From: an uncultured Planctomycetales bacterium
GTDB lineage: Bacteria; Omnitrophota; Gorgyraeia; Zapsychrales; Fredricksoniimonadaceae
DNA: 64,000 nt
NCBI GenBank assembly: GCA_964572155.1
Contig: CAZNDZ010000001.1
Span: forward strand, 1,274,786-1,338,785
Direction: 5' to 3'
Both the position numbers and the translations under genes were made by a program. Shown here piece by piece: positions 58,476 through 64,000 of the stretch (within the stretch, counting starts at the first letter, position 1; each line of letters starts with the position of its first letter). The notes beneath the pieces are model-generated. The model saw only the letters and a list, made by a program, of their open reading frames with translations, was not told the origin of the DNA and did no database searches.

Positions 58476-60040
58476 TATTTTTGACTTTTTAGCAGTTTAT
58501 ATTCAATTGCGTCGACCAAAGCTTCCCAGCTGGCTTCAATCACATTTTCATGCACGCCAACCGTTGTCCACGAATCATGCTCATCTTGTGATTCAATGAG
58601 AACGCGCACGCGAGCTCCGGTCCCTTGCTTTGTATCTAAAACACGCACCTTATAATCTGCTAAATGCACATTTTCAATGTACGGATAGAATTTTTTTAAG
58701 GCGGTGCGTAGTCCACGATCCAAAACTTCAATTGGCCCATGCCCTTCGACATTGGCCATCTCATCATGACCATTCACCTTTAAACGCACAGATGCATGCG
58801 CAATAACTTTATCTTCGGCTGTTTTCTCAGTTAAGACTTTGAAACTCTCCAACTTAAAAAAAGGCTTATAAAGTTTAAGACGACGCTTCATGAACAATTC
58901 AAATGACGCATCAGCGCCTTCAAATTGATAGCCTTGATATTCTTTTTCTTGAAGCTCTTTCATGATGGCTTTGGCTTCATTGGAATTCTTATCAAGCGTG
59001 ATATTCATCTTTTGTGCTTTTAAAATGATGGGCATCTTGCCAGCTAGCTCTGATGTCAGTAACCGACGGTGATTGCCAACGATTTCTGGATCAATGTGCT
59101 CATAGGCCTTTGGATTCTTAAGCATGGCATCAATGTGCACCCCACCTTTATGGGCGAATGCTGAGTGACCGATGAATGCATGATTATTGCTCAAAGTATA
59201 ATTACTTATCTCGCTGATGTAATATGCAGCATCCATAAGTTGTTTGATTTTATTATCTGGGATGCTTTTTTGTTTCATCTTGGTAAATAAAATGGCCATG
59301 ATGGTGCACAAGTCTGCATTACCACAACGTTCACCTAAACCATTGAACGTCCCTTGGACTTGGATACATCCTGCATTGATCGCCGCTAAAGAATTGGCAA
59401 CAGCTAAATCTTGATCATTATGGGTATGAATGCCCAATTGAATTTTGATTTTCTTACGCACATCTTTGACAATCTTAGTGATTTCTTCCGGCAATGTTCC
59501 CCCGTTGGTGTCACACAAGATGATGGCATCTGCTTTCGCTTTTTGTGCGGCTAAAATTGTTTTGATCGCATAGCTTGGATTATTCTTGTAACCATCAAAG
59601 AAATGCTCCGCATCATAAAAGACTTCACGCTTATGCTTTTTTAAGAACAAGACGGAATCTTCGATCATTTTTAAGTTTTCTTCCAACGTCGTCTTGATCA
59701 CATCCTTGACATGCAAATCCCAGCTCTTACCAAAGATGGTTACTGTCGGTGTGCTGGAGGCAATCAACTCATTTAAATTGGCATCATCTTCAGGTTTAAT
59801 ATTAGCCCGACGGGTGGATCCAAAAGCTGCTAATTTGGCTGTTTTAAGCTTACGGGTTTTCATCACCTCAAAGAATTCTTTATCTTTGGGATTAGACCCA
59901 GGCCAGCCACCTTCAATGTAATGAATGCCTAATTCATCAAGTTTTTCAGTGATCTTAATTTTATCCGCAACCGTGTACGAAACGCCTTCTGTTTGAGAGC
60001 CGTCGCGCAACGTTGTGTCGTAGATGATTATTTTTGTCAT
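58475..60040 (-). CDS. cimA: (R)-citramalate synthase / 2-isopropylmalate-synthase family
   Basis: DTTLRDGSQ HMGL-like motif, LeuA-dimer regulatory C-terminus; size and context (with leuCD elsewhere) favour CimA; probable start MTKIIIYD. Confidence 0.75.
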   Translation of the reverse strand: MTKIIIYDTTLRDGSQTEGVSYTVADKIKITEKLDELGIHYIEGGWPGSNPKDKEFFEVMKTRKLKTAKLAAFGSTRRANIKPEDDANLNELIASSTPTVTIFGKSWDLHVKDVIKTTLEENLKMIEDSVLFLKKHKREVFYDAEHFFDGYKNNPSYAIKTILAAQKAKADAIILCDTNGGTLPEEITKIVKDVRKKIKIQLGIHTHNDQDLAVANSLAAINAGCIQVQGTFNGLGERCGNADLCTIMAILFTKMKQKSIPDNKIKQLMDAAYYISEISNYTLSNNHAFIGHSAFAHKGGVHIDAMLKNPKAYEHIDPEIVGNHRRLLTSELAGKMPIILKAQKMNITLDKNSNEAKAIMKELQEKEYQGYQFEGADASFELFMKRRLKLYKPFFKLESFKVLTEKTAEDKVIAHASVRLKVNGHDEMANVEGHGPIEVLDRGLRTALKKFYPYIENVHLADYKVRVLDTKQGTGARVRVLIESQDEHDSWTTVGVHENVIEASWEALVDAIEYKLLKSQK

Positions 60041-60041
60041 A

Positions 60042-61265
60042 TTAGATTTGCTCAAGTTTAAATGCCTTATGTAATGATTTGATCGCTTTATCTGCGACAT
60101 CTTGTTGAATGATACAAGAAACACTGATTTCCGACGTTGAGATCATTTCAATATTGATGTGATTATCGGCCAAGGTCTTAAACATCTTGGCTGCAATACC
60201 ACTATGAGAACGCATCCCTGAACCTACTAAAGAAACACGGGCCACATTGCGGTCTTCTAAAATTTCACCAGCTCCGATGCGATCGCCAATAGCCTTAGTT
60301 GCTTTAATGGCTTTATTTAAATCAGCCTTAGGCACCGTAAAAGAAATATCCGACAATTTATCGTGTGGTACATTTTGAACAATGGTGTCAACATTGATGC
60401 CATCTTTGGAAATTTGTTCAAAGATTTTAGCAGCAATGCCTGGTTTATCTGGTACAGAACAGATGGTGATTTTTGCTTCATTTTTGTTACAGGTTACGCC
60501 GCGGACAGCGATTTCTTCCATTTTCTCATTATCTTTAACGATCATAGTTCCTTCCTCCTTTGAAAAGCTTGAACGCACATGTAAGGGTATATTAAAACGT
60601 TTGGCAACTTCGATGGAACGCGCTTGCATGACTTGCGCACCCAAGGACGCCATTTCTAACATTTCTTCAAATGTGATCTTCTTAATCTTCTTTGCTTCTG
60701 GCACAATGCGTGGATCTGTTGTGTAAATCCCATCAACGTCAGTATAAATTTCACAGACCTTAGCTTTTAAGGCCTTGGCTAAAGCAACTGCTGTTAAATC
60801 AGAACCACCGCGACCAAGGGTTGTGATGTCATCTTCCGACGTGACACCTTGATAACCAGCCACAATGACAATCTTACCTTGCTTGAATGCTTTATTGATA
60901 CGTTTGCCATCGATGGTTATGATGCGTGCCTTGGTGTGTGTCTTATCGGTCTTAATGCCAACTTGTCGACCTGTAAATGAAATGGCTTCATGACCTAGTG
61001 ATTTAATCGCAATGGCCAAAAGTGCGCATGATATTTGCTCACCTGTTGATAACAACATGTCCATCTCACGGTCAGGTGGATTCGTGTTTAATTGCAAGGC
61101 CAAGGCTTCTAATTCGTCGGTCGTGTCCCCTAATGCTGAAACAACAACCGCGATATCCATATTCTTGTTTTTGTAAGCCACAACCCGAGAGGCAACATTT
61201 TTTATGCGCTCGATATTCGCAACCGACGAACCACCAAACTTTTGAACGATGATTTCTTTGTCCAT
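60042..61265 (-). CDS. lysC: aspartate kinase (monofunctional)
   Basis: Amino-acid-kinase fold with two C-terminal ACT domains. Confidence 0.9.
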   Translation of the reverse strand: MDKEIIVQKFGGSSVANIERIKNVASRVVAYKNKNMDIAVVVSALGDTTDELEALALQLNTNPPDREMDMLLSTGEQISCALLAIAIKSLGHEAISFTGRQVGIKTDKTHTKARIITIDGKRINKAFKQGKIVIVAGYQGVTSEDDITTLGRGGSDLTAVALAKALKAKVCEIYTDVDGIYTTDPRIVPEAKKIKKITFEEMLEMASLGAQVMQARSIEVAKRFNIPLHVRSSFSKEEGTMIVKDNEKMEEIAVRGVTCNKNEAKITICSVPDKPGIAAKIFEQISKDGINVDTIVQNVPHDKLSDISFTVPKADLNKAIKATKAIGDRIGAGEILEDRNVARVSLVGSGMRSHSGIAAKMFKTLADNHINIEMISTSEISVSCIIQQDVADKAIKSLHKAFKLEQI

Positions 61266-61267
61266 AA

Positions 61268-62470
61268 TTATCCTTCCTTAACACTTAAAAAGTATTGAAT
61301 TAAATCTCTGCCGCTTTTAAAACTAACCCCTGACGCTGCTGCTGTTTCAGAATACACAGGGATATGATTTGCGATAATCCCTTCGCCATACATTACAAAA
61401 GGCACAGGATCGCTGGTGTGCACGCGCTTTAAAACAGGTGTTGGATGATCCGGCGCCACTAAAATACGTACATCTTTATGCTGTTTAGCATAACTTAGAA
61501 TAGGACCTACAACATCATGATCAATTTTTTCAATGCAATCTTTCTTTGCTTGCCAGTCGCCATTATGCCCTGCTTCATCTGGGGACTCAATATGCACATA
61601 GACGTAATCATTTTTACTTAAAGAATCTAAGGCGTAATCTGCTTTACCCCGATAATTCGTATCATAATATCCATTAGCACCTGGAACCGTAATGACATTT
61701 AAACCAGCCAATCGACCTATGCCATTGACTAAATCAACTGCTGAGATCACGGACCCACTTAAACCAAATTCTTTTTTAAAGTTTTGTAATTCGGGCTTAT
61801 TACCTTGACCCCAAAGCCAAATCATCGTCGCTGGATTATCATTACAACTGACACGCAATTTATTGATGGGATGGTCATCTAAAATAGCCTTAGAACGTTC
61901 CATAATATTAAGCAACATATCCGCTTGTGGTCCTGATGGCAAAAAAGATGCGATCGGTTGATTTAAAATATTATGCGGTGGCGTTGTCTTAACCTTTAAC
62001 ATGCGCTCCACATTGATGGTCTTAACAACTAAAATATGTCGGTAGCTTTTTCCTACATAAAAACGAACATCAGGCCAAGAAAGACCACGTTCTAAATATT
62101 CAATTAAGTTTTCCGCTTCTTCCGTCGTGATATGCCCTGCACTGTAATCCAACATGCGACCATCTTTGATGGTGACTAAGTTACAACGCAATGCGACTTC
62201 ATCGACATCTAGCAAAATGCCTAGGTTTGCTGCTTCCAAGGGCGCTCGCCCTGAGAAATTTAACGCGGGGTCATAACCCATCAGGGCTAGGTTACCGATA
62301 TCTGAACCAGCTGGCAATCCGTCTGGGATTGTTTGTACCATGCCTGAGAAACCATGCGCCGACAAGTAATCCATGTTAGGCGTTTTCGATGCTTCAAGTG
62401 GCGTTTTATTATTTAATTGGGCAACTGGCTCATCGGCCATGCCGTCTGGTACTATAACAATAAATTTCAC
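61268..62470 (-). CDS. cofactor-independent phosphoglycerate-mutase-family protein (ApgM-like); candidate non-canonical homoserine kinase
   Basis: Archaeal-type iPGM family blocks; sits between lysC and thrC as in Bacteroidetes thr operons. Confidence 0.7.
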   Translation of the reverse strand: MKFIVIVPDGMADEPVAQLNNKTPLEASKTPNMDYLSAHGFSGMVQTIPDGLPAGSDIGNLALMGYDPALNFSGRAPLEAANLGILLDVDEVALRCNLVTIKDGRMLDYSAGHITTEEAENLIEYLERGLSWPDVRFYVGKSYRHILVVKTINVERMLKVKTTPPHNILNQPIASFLPSGPQADMLLNIMERSKAILDDHPINKLRVSCNDNPATMIWLWGQGNKPELQNFKKEFGLSGSVISAVDLVNGIGRLAGLNVITVPGANGYYDTNYRGKADYALDSLSKNDYVYVHIESPDEAGHNGDWQAKKDCIEKIDHDVVGPILSYAKQHKDVRILVAPDHPTPVLKRVHTSDPVPFVMYGEGIIANHIPVYSETAAASGVSFKSGRDLIQYFLSVKEG

Positions 62471-63087
62471 AATAATGTCCTTACAAGTTTTTTGGCAATA
62501 TCTGCTTTGTGTGTTGATGACGCCATGATTTCAAAATCTGCATTTAAAATATAACCTCGATAGGATGGCTCGGTTTGATTCGCTAAAACCAAATCACATC
62601 CTGCATCTGTAAAAAGCTTTGACGTTAGATCACGCAAATTTTTTGGACTTACGGTCGATTCTAACTTAAATCCTACTAAAAAACTTTGTGGTGCCCACTG
62701 TTTGATCAAGGAAATCAGTTTTACAGTAGGAGTTAATGCTAAATTCAATGCATTTGCAGATGAAATCTTGCCTTTTACCACCGTCTTAAGTTTGTAATCA
62801 GAAACAGCTGCTGCGTGCACAATAACATCGTACTTCTTACCGCATTCTTGTTTTAAAACTTTTGCAAGCTCGTCAAAATAATTGTATTTGATCACACGGA
62901 TGTTGCTTAAATCTGCAGCATCTGTCACTGGTCCTTGTATGACCGTAACCTTGGCTTTATGCGCCCTAAATGCTTGGGCTATCAAATGACCCATTTGACC
63001 ACTTGAAACATTGCTGATCACGCGCACGTCATCAATAGGTACCCAGGTTGGACCGCACGTGATGAGTACTTTCATGCTACAAACCAA
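62467..63087 (-). CDS. stand-alone CoaB-like (phosphopantothenate--cysteine ligase domain, DFP family) protein
   Basis: …[25 protein letters not shown]…[15 protein letters not shown]…LVGFKLES collinear with the CoaB half of CoaBC. Confidence 0.65.
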   Translation of the reverse strand: MVCSMKVLITCGPTWVPIDDVRVISNVSSGQMGHLIAQAFRAHKAKVTVIQGPVTDAADLSNIRVIKYNYFDELAKVLKQECGKKYDVIVHAAAVSDYKLKTVVKGKISSANALNLALTPTVKLISLIKQWAPQSFLVGFKLESTVSPKNLRDLTSKLFTDAGCDLVLANQTEPSYRGYILNADFEIMASSTHKADIAKKLVRTLL

Positions 63088-64000
63088 TCTCTTTTAAAAT
63101 CTTTGAACGCTCAGCAGGAACAACAACTGGCTGTGGCAAATCATGCATGGCGGTTTTAGGATCTTTAAGACCGTGTCCTGTGACCGTACAAACAATGCGC
63201 TTACCTTCATGACCTTTAAAATACCCTGACTTACTAAGCTTAATGATCCCTGCAACCGACGCTGCCGATGCAGGTTCTACAAACACCCCTGTTTGAGCCG
63301 CGAGCAAATGATACGCTGCTAAAATTTCTTCATCTGTGACACTATCAATCAAACCTTTGCTTTGATCACGAGCAGCCAACGCTTGTTGCCAGCTAGCCGG
63401 ATTACCAATGCGAATTGCAGTTGCAATAGTTTCAGGATTTGGTACAGGTTTTCCAAGAACAATCGGCGCAGAACCAGCTGCTTGAAAACCTAACATCCGT
63501 GGCAATGTTTGTGACTTACCTTTTAAATTATATTCCGTATAACCCTTCCAGTAAGCAGTGATATTGCCCGCATTACCAACGGGAATAGCATGAAACTCAG
63601 GGGCATCCCCAAAGAAATCACAAACTTCAAATGCTGCTGTTTTTTGGCCTTCAATGCGAAATGGGTTTAAAGAATTAACTAATTCAACAGGATAATTGGT
63701 TGTAATATCCTTAACTAAATTCAGCGCATCATCAAAATTACCATCAATCGCAATGACTTGTGCTTGATGGATCATAGCTTGGGCTAATTTGCCTAAAGCA
63801 ATGTTGCCATTCGGTATTAATACAACACATTTCATCCCTGCTCGAACTGAATATGCTGCAGCAGATGCTGATGTATTTCCTGTTGAGGCACACATGACAA
63901 TTTTTGCGCCCTTTTCCTTAGCTTTGGAAATCGCCATGGTCATGCCGCGATCTTTGAATGATCCCGTCGGGTTCAAACCTTCACACTTTAAGAAAACTTG
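63077..64000 (-). CDS. thrC: threonine synthase, N-terminus beyond window end
   Basis: PLP-fold with [10 protein letters not shown] lysine motif; frame stays open to the window edge. Confidence 0.85.
   Translation of the reverse strand, partial: QVFLKCEGLNPTGSFKDRGMTMAISKAKEKGAKIVMCASTGNTSASAAAYSVRAGMKCVVLIPNGNIALGKLAQAMIHQAQVIAIDGNFDDALNLVKDITTNYPVELVNSLNPFRIEGQKTAAFEVCDFFGDAPEFHAIPVGNAGNITAYWKGYTEYNLKGKSQTLPRMLGFQAAGSAPIVLGKPVPNPETIATAIRIGNPASWQQALAARDQSKGLIDSVTDEEILAAYHLLAAQTGVFVEPASAASVAGIIKLSKSGYFKGHEGKRIVCTVTGHGLKDPKTAMHDLPQPVVVPAERSKILKEIGL

Overview
This looks like a ~40% GC bacterial chromosomal segment, probably gammaproteobacterial (ElbB, YgjP, YjbQ, YggU, YehS/DUF1456, DUF2132 and BhsA-like families); the taxon call is weak. 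It is mostly housekeeping operons with several small accessory islets between them. Coordinates derived by my own base counting may be off by 1-2 nt; ORF-track coordinates are exact.

Housekeeping content, in order:
- tail of a cytochrome-oxidase assembly cluster (ctaB/cyoE 3' end, SCO1-DUF420 fusion)
- 7Fe ferredoxin and a B12-binding radical SAM enzyme
- acnA, GST, NUDIX, L,D-transpeptidase, elbB
- a leuC-leuD-ilvD-aroC-SDR-[2Fe-2S] operon behind a perfect sigma70 consensus promoter
- acyl-CoA dehydrogenase and a cNMP/ParA-like/patatin multidomain protein
- a haem cluster (HemC-like/CobA/HemD triple fusion, hemB, hemL), then ssb, GH26, prfC
- a molybdenum-hydroxylase cluster (xdhC, mocA, coxL/S/M-type subunits)
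- nadC, valS, and a cimA-lysC-PGM-like-CoaB-like-thrC cluster (citramalate route to Ile plus Thr synthesis)

Accessory content:
- a 3.5 kb gene for a secreted protein of ~16 tandem ~65-aa SBBP-like beta-propeller repeats, with near-identical DNA repeats
- four toxin-antitoxin modules: two BrnT/BrnA-type pairs, ParE-like plus antitoxin, and DUF433/DUF5615; the last is bracketed by ~22-28 bp direct repeats
- a truncated ORF6N gene
- two paralogous ~80-nt upstream elements that share a C-loop hairpin with compensatory stem changes

The most interesting locus is an AT-richer 3 kb five-gene cassette at 41.0-44.1 kb. It encodes a small secreted Gly/His/Lys/Tyr-rich peptide, an unknown protein, a TIR-domain protein, a nucleoside-2-deoxyribosyltransferase-like (SLOG/LOG/NDT-class Rossmannoid) protein and another unknown protein, and ends in a strong bidirectional terminator. 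I interpret it as a candidate Thoeris-like, probably undescribed, TIR-signalling anti-phage defence system. No rRNA, tRNA or CRISPR was found.
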